A stretch of DNA of 64,000 bases from Mobula hypostoma (GCF_963921235.1 NC_086097.1:75764001-75828000); one strand, 5' to 3'; numbered from the stretch's first letter, positions 25,963 to 38,586 are shown. The notes: generated by a model from the sequence alone, not told the origin. Numbers and translations are program-made.

Positions 25963-26622
25963 GTCATGTTAAAATCAACTAGGCATGTCAGCTTTCAAGA
26001 TGATGACGAAGTAGTGAGGATAAATCCTCTGAAGGATGTATTGATTAGGGGCTATGAAGACTACAGACATCCTATTGTGAGAAAAAATGATTTGGAAACA
26101 GAAGTAGATTCGTATGTGTGTTTTAAGCCTGAATCTAAGAAACATGATTATGTATATCCTTCAGTGCAAGGGATGGAATCCGATTCTGTTAAAGATTCAA
26201 AGGGTTCTGTTGTATTCAAAGCACAGCCTCCCACTTCACTGAAATCAAAAAAATCCAAACGAAGGAAAGAGGACGGAGAGCGCTCTCGTTGTATATATTG
26301 TCGAGATATGTTTAACCATGAGGAGAACAGAAGAGGACAGTGTCAGGATGCTCCAGACCCGATCAAGAGGTGCATTTATCAAGTGAGCTGCATGCTGTGT
26401 GCAGAGAGTATGCTCTATCACTGTATGTCGGACTCTGAGGGAGATTTCTCTGATCCATGTTCATGTGACACTGGTGATGACAAATTCTGTTTGCGTTGGA
26501 TGGCTCTTATAGCCTTGTCTGTTTTTGCACCATGTATGTGCTGCTACCTCCCTCTAAGAGCCTGCCACCATTGTGGTGAGATTTGTGGATGTTGTGGAGG
26601 AAAACACAAAGCAGCTGGATGA
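25963..26622 (+). CDS. SPRED1: SPRED1 last coding exon: c-Kit-binding domain and cysteine-rich Sprouty-related (SPR) domain
   Basis: Acceptor tttttcag|[28 protein letters not shown]...RCIYC...[27 protein letters not shown]...CGGKHKAAG*. The C-terminus matches SPRED1, and the FAM98B neighbour supports SPRED1 over SPRED2/3. Confidence 0.98.
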   Translation, partial: VMLKSTRHVSFQDDDEVVRINPLKDVLIRGYEDYRHPIVRKNDLETEVDSYVCFKPESKKHDYVYPSVQGMESDSVKDSKGSVVFKAQPPTSLKSKKSKRRKEDGERSRCIYCRDMFNHEENRRGQCQDAPDPIKRCIYQVSCMLCAESMLYHCMSDSEGDFSDPCSCDTGDDKFCLRWMALIALSVFAPCMCCYLPLRACHHCGEICGCCGGKHKAAG

Positions 26623-29600
26623 TGTAAACAGTTGGGAGCCAAGCTGTGCAAATAGTTTTTCTCCAGATGGCATCAATTCTGGCTCATGAGGGTATTGGCC
26701 CTCTGGTATTCAAAGCCAGGATCAGTTGCAGAGCTGTGCTAGTTTCCAGGTCTAGTGGAGAAGTGATGTGCTTTAAATGATAATGACATTTCTATAGGCC
26801 ACCATGTCTAATACTTCGCATGGCACAGTCTAACTCAAGAGGTCTTGCGAAGCAGAGAGGTCTTTGCTTTTAGCTGTTAATAATGAACACTGTATGTGAT
26901 TATGCAGAAGGTATTCATTTTGCAGTTTTGTACATTGAATTGGTTATGGGACCTGGTGTCTCACATGAAGCTTTTACTGAAGAGACTCAAGTTTTAGATT
27001 AAAAGCACGAGGTAACTGTTTGGATTTTTTTTATTGAGAAAGATTATTTTAGATTTTGCTTCTGTTAAGTATTACTATGTGCATTTACAGAATCACTTAT
27101 CCAGAAGTGCAGATGAATTTACTGTCTGAGTAATTACAGATTATTTAACACATGTAAAGTGTCAAACTCTATATAACTAAATTTGAGATATGGCTTGTAC
27201 TTGAAGAAATGTAATCTTTTAGTCCTGTGTCAAGATTTTGATATATAATTGACCCATAGGTACACCTTTTATTTTTAATCCATTGTAATATGCATGCTTG
27301 CTAATGATTTAGCATTATTTTGAATATTTTTCCACCTTCCCCATAAAACAGAAAGTAACTGATTTTAAAATTATCTAAAACTTATTGAACATTTGGGGCG
27401 TATTTAGATTTATAATCATCTGAAAAAACACTTCTAATATTTTCGCACAACCAGCAAGTTTCTTGTCAATGACCCAATAAGTTAGATGATTTAATACATT
27501 GATGTAACTGAGAATCATATACTATTAAAAATCTAAAAGATATATAGTCAATACAAGCATTTTAGACCGAGCTTTATGTCCGCAAGCTATCAAAAAGCAA
27601 TAGATATAGTTTTGGAAAGATACAGTTTTAATTTGTAAATTAAGCAAATGTTAGGGCATTTAATGATGCGAAACTATACTAGCTTATTTTGTTCTGAGAT
27701 GAAACTGAATGCTCTTACTTTAAAAAAAACAACCACTGAGGTGCTGGATTTCCCTGGATAAATTTTGCATACAGGCATGGTGTGGAGTGGTTCCTGTAAA
27801 TGTGTATGTGGTTTTGTGTTGAAATACATAGGTATGGTATGTGTAGATGTAATTAAAAATCAGAATTTACATTGGAGCCATGTATGTTGGCTAGAACTAG
27901 GACTACACAGTGGAGAAGACAAATTTTGAGAATGAATGGACTAAATTATTGGGCTTAAACATAAAAGCCAAATTTGTGGTTTAAAAAGGGAAGAATTATT
28001 CTTCACTTAGTTTAGAGCCTCTGATAATCAGTAACATGTGGAATAAACCAGTGTTTTACTTATGGCACGCAGGCACATTTGATTTTGTACATTTTCTCTA
28101 CACACTATTGTACTACATTTTTCATGTCTGTGAATTTGAAGGGGAAAATAGAGCTTGTGTGGTTGTGGTAGAATCATCTTCAGTCTAAGATTTAATGCTT
28201 CTAAATGTTATCATATTTATTCACAAGAAAATTACATTTAAAATTTAGGACTTCGGGTAAAGTTGCTTAGCCAGGTTCTAGTTTTTTCAAATGTAAGTGT
28301 AAATGAATAACCCCATTTGTAAGATATTCCACTTTAAAATGCATCTATTTATCAGCTGTGAGTAGATGGAATGAACTGACAGCATTCTGTACATAAAGCT
28401 AACTTTGAATATTATTTCACATTGAAAGTAGAGGCTAAAGATATGAGACTAAATTTTAAAGAGCTTGTTTCTAGTTTTGTACCTAATAGAATGGCTCCAA
28501 AAGGAAAATTGTGGTGATGGGCAGTTATTTCTTTTGCAATTTTGAATATTTAAAATTTGTGTAATGCTTCATTATAGGATTCCATCTATGCTGATGAATT
28601 TTGATTTATCAGTGTTTTGCACATTAGGGGAATCAAACAAATTTTGAATTGTATTTAGAGTACTTGTACATAGTCTGAGACCACTTGCTTATTTTGTATT
28701 TTTCTATACATTTCCGTTGTCCACATATTGAAAAAACTAATGGCCATGTTTCCATTAAGTGCCAGATAACTTTCCCTTTGAAAGAACTGCAAGCTAGCTG
28801 AGGAAAATTCTGACTGACTTTTCTGTCAACTGCAGTTAGTAACGCACACATAGACATTAATAAAACTGAAGTCTTATCAACCCTGGCATTCAGAAACTTC
28901 ATCTAAAAATTCTGCTTATATAATGTCTTCGAGGTAAGATTTTTCTCTGATGTTGTCCAATCTGTAATATTCTGAGGGGAAGCTCTTAATTCATGAGATT
29001 TTAAACAATTCTTCAGGCCTCCACATCTTATCCATTGCATTTGCTTCTCATCTGGGTTCTGGTGAGAAAATTGTTTGTTCATTTTTGCATTAAATGGATA
29101 TTATATCTGAATTAATTTCATTTTTCCAAATATAAGCTAGTCACAATAAGTTACAGAGTGAATGCTGGATTGAAGACAGAGTTTGAAAAAGAATCCATCA
29201 TATTTACTGGCTGCCTAAAAGATGTGATTTACCAATTATTCCATTGTAATAAGCCTTAAGCAGAATTTCTGACCTTTTCAGTTTTCACTCTTGTTTTGAC
29301 ATTGCTGTTCTTGTGATTGTGCAACCAACTTTTAAATTACATTTGTGAAAATGAACTGGGGCACATATTAAATAGGTTTTCACATGCAGGCCTATTCTAT
29401 TATATTCTGCACTCATAATGCTCGGTATTTAATTCAAAAGTTGCTTCCTTCTTTTCATATCCTTTCCCCATGTGCAGATGGAATCAGTGTTAGTAACTTT
29501 TTAAAAATTCTCTACCAAAATTATTATCATAGTGGAAATCATTTCCAGTTCAATTCGGAGACAGAAATCTACTTATCTGTAGAATGTTAAACTTTAAATA

Positions 29601-30395
29601 ACTCCAAATATAACTTAAGGTGCTTTATATTTTTTTCCCATTGGGTTCAGAGAAAGTCTGAGAGTGCTGGCACAATGGAATGTAATGATGCATTTATCCC
29701 AAATGAACAACTTGCTGGCTGTAGAAAAGTGTTATGTGTTGTAATAGGTATATGTTGGCCTAAGAATAATCAGGCACTATGAATTAGTATAGTGCATCTA
29801 GCCATGTATTGATTTTGTATGCAATGTCTGCTTTATGTATTTAAAAAACGCCCAAAAGGCATGCCAATAACGCTAATCAACCCCTCTGAGTACTGATGCC
29901 ATTTATCACTGTTAACTTTTTAAATGCAACTTTGTTCTACTTCCACTTTTTTTTAAATGCTATGCTTTCCAAAATGAGACATCAATAGAAACCTAAATTT
30001 GCAGAATATTTAGTAACCTTTCAATTTTTCTCCAGATTCTGTCTATTGTTTGCTTACTGCCACTTCCTTAATACACAGCCAACTTCCAAAAAGTGCCTCG
30101 CTTGTACATTTTTAAAACTCCATCTAAATTTAACTGATATTGTACTTGGTACATTTCAATTTTAGGTATTTTTATTTTTGTGTTGAAAAGATGAAGTAAG
30201 TGATGTACAGTTTAGTTTAACTACTGCCATGGGTGTAATTAAATGTACGAGAGTGTAGCTTCTTAATTTCTCAAATATATATAATGTAAATATGCATATA
30301 CTGTAAGTTTGTAACAGATTTTGTTACATCATACACTTGTAATTTGACATATCAAACAAGTATCATAATAAAACAGTAAGTTTTAATTTCTTTAC
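26623..30395 (+). promoter_or_regulatory. SPRED1: Long AU-rich SPRED1 3' UTR
   Basis: About 3.8 kb after the stop with no recognisable transposon, in a repeat-saturated window. Pumilio-type TGTANATA at 28388, 28665, 30285. AATAAA at 28042, 28859, 30367. The 3' end is inferred. Confidence 0.7.
30367..30372 (+). terminator. Likely distal SPRED1 polyadenylation signal
   Basis: AATAAA preceded by TGTA motifs and followed by a U/GU-rich tract (ttttaatttctttacattctgtctgttg). Another AATAAA at 30850 is an alternative. Confidence 0.55.
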
Positions 30396-31381
30396 ATTCT
30401 GTCTGTTGTAATATTCTATTCCAGCATGCTAGGCAAAATAGCAGACGGTTAATGCAATCTACCAATTATGTTTACTCTAAAACGTATTTAAGTTGTTGAG
30501 ACTGTTTAACAGTGATTAGGTATTAGAAATACAAGGGTGCAATGTTAAAAGTGGATTTGTTAACAAAAGTTGTCCTGCAGATGTAAATTTACTTATTTGA
30601 TTGTTTTGCAATTGTGGTATTTCAGCAGAGGAAGCAACCTGATGAACTTATGAACACATCGGGGGGTCACTAAAGATGCTTATGATCAAAAATTGAGGTA
30701 TACCCAACTGTTAATGTAATCTTTTGGGGAAGGAACAAAAACATACTTATTTCAGTTTCAGTGTTATCTCCAGTTGAACTAATGCTTCACATTGGATTTA
30801 AATGATAAATTATGCTGTTAGCATTGCTGACCTATATTATTTAGAACTTAATAAATGGTGCATAACATTTTACAACTGAAAAAATGATCATTGGGCCCAA
30901 TAGGGGTACACTAATTGAGCTGTTAACTTGGTCCCACCTTATTTCATCTTGCTGGAATGATGCTGCCACATTACCCTCAGCATACTACTTACGTGGATTC
31001 TATGCTACTTGTCTTTGTTGTCTCATGAATTACATAGTCTGACCACCCTGAAGCAGATTTTCACATTTGCCAGGAGTGATCTCTTATATCGAGAATAAAG
31101 TTCAATGGTTTCACTTTTTATTGCTCTTGTGGGAAATAGAAAGAATGGAATCAGTAACTGGAACTTTGCCTCTTTTACACCAGGGATGTCCACGGTGTTG
31201 ATGCAGAAGGATTAATTTTGATTTGCAGCAACTGAGAGAAATTTATTCCTTGCCTCAGACAGTGATTTGAGTGACCTGAAGTAACAACTGCAGGGAACTG
31301 TTCTATGTTCTTTCCAGTTGCTTTGACTTTGAATTTATTGAAGCAACTAATATCGTAAAATATTAAAGTGATCACAGGTAA

Positions 31382-31512
31382 CAGCATCTATTGGAAAGAG
31401 TCCTGATGAAGGGTCTTGGCCTGAAACATCGACTGTTTACTGTTTCCCATAGATGCATTTTGTGTGTTGTTTTGGATTTCCAGCATCTTTTCCAGCAATT
31501 TTCTAGTGTTTG
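31382..31512 (+). mobile_element. PLE-terminus mini-element with a hammerhead motif (31399-31434)
   Basis: agtc CTGATGA agggtcttggcct GAAA CATC gact, preceded by a short inverted copy of its own downstream sequence. Confidence 0.75.
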
Positions 31513-31779
31513 TGAAGCAATCACAGGTGTTAGGGTGTTGCCTCATGACCAAGACAATAAGTAGCTGCAGAAAATTGGGTTCATTGAAGAGGCATTTAAG
31601 TAAAAATCTAAGAGATATAGGAAGTATCACTTTACATTTGTGCATAGTCTCAGAGCGCAGTACTGTCAAAATAATCACTATGTGTTCTTGACTCTTGATG
31701 CATGTTGTTCTAAACTGACAAGCAGGATAATTTTATTCCATCCAAAAGGTCTGTCCCCAAAAGCATGCTACTTTCCCAA

Positions 31780-34700
31780 ATATAAATCACCATGGGACAA
31801 GAGAGTGTGACTGCGAGTAAGACAGGTATGGGGATCCAAGAGAAGCTTGAACTTGCCCAACTAGTTTGAAATTGTTGCTTCCTGTGAGGATGAGAGTGGG
31901 AGCTGTAGGAAGAATGAGCAGCCAAACTGTGATTCAGGGAGCCATTCAAGATAGGGGAGCAATGAGAAATATGATTGTAATGGGGGAAAGCAGAATTAGG
32001 GGAATAGACACTGGTATCTATCACAAGGATTGAGAGTTCCAAAAGCTCTGTTGTTTGCCTGGTGTCCGGGTTCGCGACATCTTATCTGACATATATAGGA
32101 ATTCAGAGTGAGAGTGGAAAGATCATGTGGGTACCAACAACTTGGGAAGGTTTTGCTGAAGGAATTTTAGCAGTTATAGACAAAATTATAAGCAGATCCA
32201 AAAAGATAATGATCTCTGGATTGTTACCGGAGCCATGTGTAATATAGCACAGGGTTAATCAGATCAGAGAGTTAAATTTGTGACTCAAAGATTGGTGCGA
32301 GAGAAGTATTAAAGATGGTGCTGGTAAGACACGGACACGCCTTACAGGCAGCAAACAAAATTAAAACAATTCTATTAATTGCCTGGATTGGGGAGCATGC
32401 CTTATGAGAATAGGTTGAGTGAACTCCGCCTTTTCTCCATGGAGCGACAGAGGCTGAGAGGTGACCTGATAGAGGTGTACAAGATAATGAGAGGCATTGA
32501 TTATGTGGATAGTCAGAGGTTTTTTCCCAGGGCTGAAATGGCTAGCACAAGAGGGCATATATTTAAGGTGCTTGGAAGTAGGTACAGAGGAGTTGTCAGG
32601 GGTAAATTTTTTACACAGAGAGTGGTGAGTGCGTGGAATGGGCTGCCGGCGGCGGTTGTGGAGGCGGAAACGATAGGCTCTTTTAAGAGACTCCTGGATA
32701 GATACATGGAGCTTTGAAAAATAGAGGGCTATGGATCAGCCTAGGTAATTCTAAGGTAAGGACATGTTCAACACAGCTTTGTGGGCCGAAGGGCCTGTAT
32801 TGTGCTGTAGGTTTTCTATGTTTCTAATTACTCTTTTTCTAGGCTACAATAACTGCAATTCACAGCCTGTAATTTCCCTTTGGGAGTTGTGCTTTTGAAC
32901 CGTCCGTACAACCTGAAGGTTTTGTGGTATCCCGACGGATTCAGTGAACTGGACTGTCGAGAGTGCAGGTACAGCTGCAGCAGCCATTGCTGGAGCAGAC
33001 TTGGGGCTAGATTTAAGTGGCAGGGCCCAGGCACGAGAACGAAAAATGAACAAATATTTGGCCAATTTAAGCACTAAGCTAGATTAAAACGATAGAAGCA
33101 TCAAGGCCGAGAGTGAAGGAAAAATCGGTGTTCAGCTCACTACTCCATGAGGTTTACTCGCCTCAGTGCTGAACTAACTGCAGCCTGCAGCCATCAGCAT
33201 TTACCTCAGTGCTGAATTGGCTCTGTGGCTGTGGCCTGCAGCCGTGGGGCTCCTGGACCAGCTGCAACGTTGAAGTATCACTATGGACTCACTTTCATGG
33301 ATTCTGCAGTTCATGTTCTGTGTATTACTGTATTTGTTTTTCTTATTATTGTTTGCATGATTTGTTTTTTCTCCGCACTTTTGAGTGTTTGACGGTATTT
33401 CTTGTGTGGGTTTTTTAATGGGTTCAATTTTGTTTCTGTGTTTTGTGGCTGCCTGCAAGAAGGCAAAGCTCAAGGTTGTGTATAATATACATAGTTTGAT
33501 AATAAATGTACTTTGAACTTTGAAGTGGGTTTGAATTCGCGGGACATTCAGTATTGGTAGGAAGGAGTTGTTCTGATGGGATGGGCTCTACCTAATCCAA
33601 GCTGGGACCAACATCCTGGCAAATTATTTAACTAAGGCTATGGATTGGGCTTTAAGCTATATAATAGGAGGATGGGTTCAACAGCTTAGTAAAGTATGGA
33701 TAAAGTAAAAGGGCAGGAGAGTGTAGGGGAAGTTACTTAAGGAGAGTAACAAATGAGACAAAGTTTAGAAAGGGATTAGAATATAACATAAGGCAACATG
33801 GAGACAAAATTGAAAAGGGTGGTGAAAACAGGACAGGTGATGTATTTAAATGCACACTAAGGATATACATCATATCAAAAAGACAGGCAGTTGGACAGAG
33901 GGATGGGGTGGCTTTGTTGGTAAAAAATGAAATAAAATCCTTAGAAAGATGTAGGATGAGAAGATGTATAATCCTTGAGGTAGAGTTAAGAAACTGCAAA
34001 GGTAAAAAGACCTACTTTGAATAGTAGCCAGGAAGAGGGGTACAAATTACAATGAGAGATAAAAAGGGATGTGAAAAAGCAATGTTGAGATGGTCATGGA
34101 GGATTTTAGTATGTAAGCAGCTTGGTAAAAATCAGGTTGATGCTGAATCGCTAGAGAGGGAACTTAAGAATGCCTACAAGATGGCATTTTAGAGCAGCTT
34201 ATGGTTGAGCCTACTACGGATAAGGCAATTTTAAATGGGATGTTGTGTAATGAACGAGTTAGATTAGGGATCTTAGATGGAATTCATCCTGCAGTTTAAG
34301 AGGATGAAGCTAAAATCAAATGCATTGATATTACAATTGAGTAAAGATAAATACAGAGGCAAGAGAGAGGAGCTGATCAAAGTTGATTGGAAGGGGATAA
34401 TAGCAGAGATAATGGTAGAACAGCAATGGCTAGAGTTTCTGTGAGTATTTCAGAAGACACAGGATTAATTCATCCCAAAGAAGAAGCAGCATTCTACAGA
34501 GGGGATGAGGCATTCATGGCTGACGAGGGAAGTCAAAGCATAAAAGCAAAAGAGGGGGCATACAATAGAGCAAAAATGGGTGGGAAGCTAGAGAATTGGG
34601 AAGCTTTTATAAAGCAAATGAGTAAGTGTTTAATGTTATTCTTCAGTGTGGGGAAAAACACGCAGCCAGAAATTCATAGGGGCCAAGATAGAAGTATGTG

Positions 34701-35149
34701 TAGTCGCTCTTAGTAAGGAGAGGGTGCTTAGGAAGCTGAAAGGTATGAAGGTAAACAAGTTACCTGGACCAGACTACACACCAAAATTCTGAAAGAGGTA
34801 GCTGAAGAGATTGCAGAGACACAAGTAGTGATCTTTAAAGAATCACTAAATTCTGGAATGATTGGAGAATTGCAAATGTCGCTCAACTCTAAGAAAGGAG
34901 GTAGGCAAAAGACTTCCTTTCTAAAGCATTCAGTGACATTTATAGGCCAGTAAACCTGATTGGCAAGATGTTAAAGTTCCATTATTAAGGATGAGGTTTC
35001 AGGGTATTGGAGATGCACAATAAAGTAGGATGAAGTCATTATGGTTTCCTTAATTTGTCTTGCCTGGCAAATTTGTTGGAAATCTTTGAGGAAACTACAG
35101 GCAGCATAGATGATCAGTGGATATCTTTTGCTTGAATTTTCAGAAGACC
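31780..35149 (+). mobile_element. Old fragmented CR1 (ORF1-like and ORF2 remnants) with younger inserts at ~32311-33525
   Basis: Decayed similarity to 11037-13640 and 44362-47900. Includes a young CR1 3' fragment (ORF 32379-32717) and a tract ending aataaatgtactttgaactttgaa at ~33525. Confidence 0.65.
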
Positions 35150-35160
35150 ACTGACAAGGT

Positions 35161-35687
35161 TGGTGGCATCAGTTAGTCTCGTGAGACCATGGATCTGCGC
35201 CTGGAAAGTCTTGCTTCTGTGCCATTGCAGTGAAGCGACGCTGGAGTGTCCTCTCCAGGGCGCAGGCCTGGGCAAGGTTGTATAGAAGATCGGCAGTTGC
35301 CCATGCAGCAATTCTCCCCTCTCCACAACACTGATGTTGTCCAAGGGAAGGGCAAGGGCCGATGCAGCTTGTCACCAGTGTCATCGCAGGATTTGCCAGA
35401 ACGAGGTTGAAGGCAACGTCGGACTGCCTTAGGGACTCCAGCTCTGGCTATGTCCCCAGGGTTTACTCCCGAAGCCTTTCCCATGAGTAGGTATGGTCGC
35501 AAGGCAGCGGAGGTTTGAAATCAGAGTTTTCCCTCTCTTAGATGGACTGCCTTCCCAGGCTGACGAGCTCCATCTACCCAAAGCACTGGTTTTAAGGCGC
35601 CAAGACCTGCCTTCGCCCCTTCTCCTGTTAGTAGAAACAGTTCCACCGGGCTTAGAGGCTAAGCCACACGAGAAGGCCAGGAGTTGG
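35161..35687 (-). mobile_element. Non-autonomous retroposon, probably RTE-related, with an 11-bp TSD
   Basis: ACTGACAAGGT at 35150-35160 and 35688-35698. GC-rich and non-coding; it interrupts the CR1 FDKVPH region. Strand and family are recalled, not searched. Confidence 0.65.
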
Positions 35688-35739
35688 ACTGACAAGGTAC
35701 CATTGGACATACATACCACATTTTCCATCATGTCACTCA

Positions 35740-36685
35740 TAAAAATGCTATTCTATTTGTGCAGCTCCTTCACTCCACCACATCAGTTTTCAGGGTGAGG
35801 TCTTCTATTCCAGAACATCTGAGATGCCCTCTGCCTTCAAAGAGTGGTGTTTCCCTTTCTTTTCTATCAATGCTGCCCTTGCCTGCATCTCCTCCATTTC
35901 CTAGACATCCACACTCACCCTATCTTTCTGCTGCCATAACAGGGATAGAATTCCCCTTATCCCTTATCTTTAGCTTGATCCCTACCCCACAAGCCTCAGC
36001 ATTCAACATAATTCTCTATAACTTTCACCATCCTCAGCCAGTGGATCTTACCACTAAACATATCATTCTCTTCCCCCACTCCACTTTGCACACTTAACAT
36101 GCAAGCCTATCAGTTTCATCTGTTGTATCTGGTGTTCCTAGTGGGACCACCTCTACATTGGTGAGACCCAATGTAGATTGGGGGACTGTTTCATCGAGCA
36201 CCTTCGCTCCGTCTGCCACAACAGGTAAGAATACTTCCCCTTCCCATTTTGACACGATGAGGCTACTCTAGGCTTGAAGGAGCAATACCTCATTCTGTCT
36301 GGGTAACATCCAACCTGGTGGCATTATTTCTCTAACTTCTAGTAATTTCTCCTTGTTACCCCTGCTCTCTTTTTCCATTTCCTATTCTGGCTCCCCTCTT
36401 ACCCCTTCTAATCCTCTCACCTGCCCATCACCTCCGCTGGTGCCCCTCCTCCTTCCACTTCTTCCATGGTCCACTCACCTCTCCTATCAAGATTCCTTCA
36501 GCACTTTTGCTACCTATCACCCAACTTCTCCCACTCCAACCTCCTCCCCACTCACCTACCTTCCCCCTCACCTAATCTCACTTCTCATCTGCAAATCTTG
36601 CTTCTTCCCCTCCCCACCTTTCTAGGGTCTTGACCCGCAAGGTTGACTGTATATTACCTTCCATAAACGCTGCCTAACTTGTTGA
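35740..36685 (+). mobile_element. Degenerate PLE fragment
   Basis: Similar to 1000-2170 (tacattggtgagaccc..., ccaacctggtggcat). Decayed hammerhead 3' half at ~36625-36650. Confidence 0.75.
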
Positions 36686-36850
36686 TTAACAGGCCAAGAT
36701 ACTACATCAAGACTGGAAAGGAAGAGAAAGATGCTCAAAGGATAGGTGGGATGAAGGTACACAGTACATAGAACAGTATAGTGCAGTGCAGTACAGGCTC
36801 GTAAGCCCATGTTGTGCCAGCCAGCATAAACCTATTCCGCGATCAATCTC

Positions 36851-37030
36851 AAACAAGAGATTCTGCAAATGGTGAAAATCCAGAGCAACACACACACAAA
36901 ATACTGGAGGAACTCAGCAGGCCAGGCAACATCTATGAAGAGGAATAAACAATTGATATTTTGGGCCAAGGCCTTTCATCAAGACTGGAAAGGAAGAGGG
37001 CAGAAGGCAGAATAAAAGGGTGAAGGGGTA
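36851..37030 (-). mobile_element. PLE terminus copy with a decayed hammerhead
   Basis: Minus strand reads cagtc TTGATGA aaggccttggccc AAAATATC aattg at ~36950-36987. Confidence 0.7.
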
Positions 37031-37916
37031 CACAGAATAAAGAATTGTACAGTGCAGTTTGGGACTAATCCATGACTAATTCAAAATCCCTCAGATCACC
37101 TCCAGGAGTTGTGAAATGCATATCGAACTGCAAGATTTGAATCAGTTCAAGTGGTTGAACACTGGCCACAGCCCATAAGATTCAGCCCATCTCTACTGCC
37201 ATGATTAAATCAATGATGGTTTGCAACATCTTTGAGCTGTTTGCAATTGCTTCCTTTCCAAACTATTGATCTGTAAGTCTTTTTACAGGGTATGCTCTTT
37301 CAAAATGCTAGCCACTAATACAGATGATGCTCATTTTCTTTGATACTGAAGTTCGTCAGCTGGTGATAGCCATCCTTCTGTCACTGGGGCCTTGCAAAGC
37401 TGTAGTGATAATATTGACCCTCAATATAATGTGATACAGCTCGCTCTTTTCTAGGGGACCAGTTGGTTTCCAAATGTGATTGCCATTAAGTTTCATTCTG
37501 ACGTGGTAGAGCTTTTGAATTCAGCCTAATATCACCTGAAATCTGCTTCACTTTTGTAGTCATGATCAACCACTCCCTCTACCACCATCACTGCAGGTCA
37601 TCCTCATTCAGCTCTCACATGTGGGCACAGAAGCCAAGTACAACTGTAGAAGTTCTTGGGTGGAAATTGTTTGTGTCTGGTGTTATAATAATACATGTCA
37701 ACTATTCTTGAGTTAACCCTGACTCCCAATCTTCTGATTGAATTTGATCCTTTTGTCTGACAAATTTACAGCGGTTACATATGGATGTCATATTGCAATA
37801 TAATGACTTGAAAAATGAACTGAGGTTTCTCCAAATGCAAATCATCCTGGCCAATTTCAGTGAAATTTTAACCTACAGGAATCAAGGAAGGAGACCAAAC
37901 TTCAAACCTTTAGAAC

Positions 37917-38016
37917 CACAAACACGAGGTCTCGGCCCGAAACGTCGACTGTACCTCTTCCTAGAGATGCTGCTTGGCCTGCTGCGTTCACCAGCAACTT
38001 TTATGTGTGTTGCTTG
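37917..38016 (+). mobile_element. 100-bp PLE-terminus insertion with a 12-bp TSD
   Basis: AACCTTTAGAAC at 37905-37916 and 38017-38028. Contains ggtctcggcccgaaacgtcgactg, the hammerhead 3' half only. Confidence 0.8.
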
Positions 38017-38434
38017 AACCTTTAGAACTATCTATCTCTTTGAAATTACAATATTCTAACAGAAATAAATGGTTGATTTGATTTCTAACTCGCCACTCAA
38101 ATTTTAGTTGCATTCCCTACTCTTCCCCTGCAGGAAAAAACAGTGACACTAGCAACAAATCCCCAACCCCTCCTCAGGACAGCGGCAGAACGATCCCTGG
38201 CCCCCTCATCCACAAATAAGAACAGTGGCAGTAGCATCAAAACCCCCCTACACATACAAAAAAACCACAGAGCACCCTCCTGCCAATCGGCCACAAGAAA
38301 GAAAATGCCAAAAGACTGAAGGAGTCCAATATAAAGTACAGTCAAATAATCACATAAATCTCAGAATATCGACGACATCTTTCTGTCAACATACAAGGAG
38401 AACGGCTGCTCGAACTCAGTCCCTCCATGGAGAG

Positions 38435-38586
38435 TGACCCGGGTCTGAATGCTATCGACCCAGCTGCTGACTACCGTCACCCCGGTGGCGTCTGTTGGGA
38501 GCAATTGCTGACCAGGTCTGAACGCCACTGACCCGGTTGCTGACCATCATTGCCGCGGTGACCTCTATTGGGAGCAACCACTGACC
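38435..38586. repeat. Diverged ~74-bp tandem duplication inside a probable minus-strand retroelement remnant (~38098-38940)
   Basis: Units start tgacc at 38435, 38509, 38582 and share ggtctgaa...gacc...gctgac...ttgggagcaa. Confidence 0.6.

Noticed and set aside
35545-35585. CTGACGAG as another hammerhead core
   Set aside because: No correctly placed helix II plus GAAA and NUH downstream.
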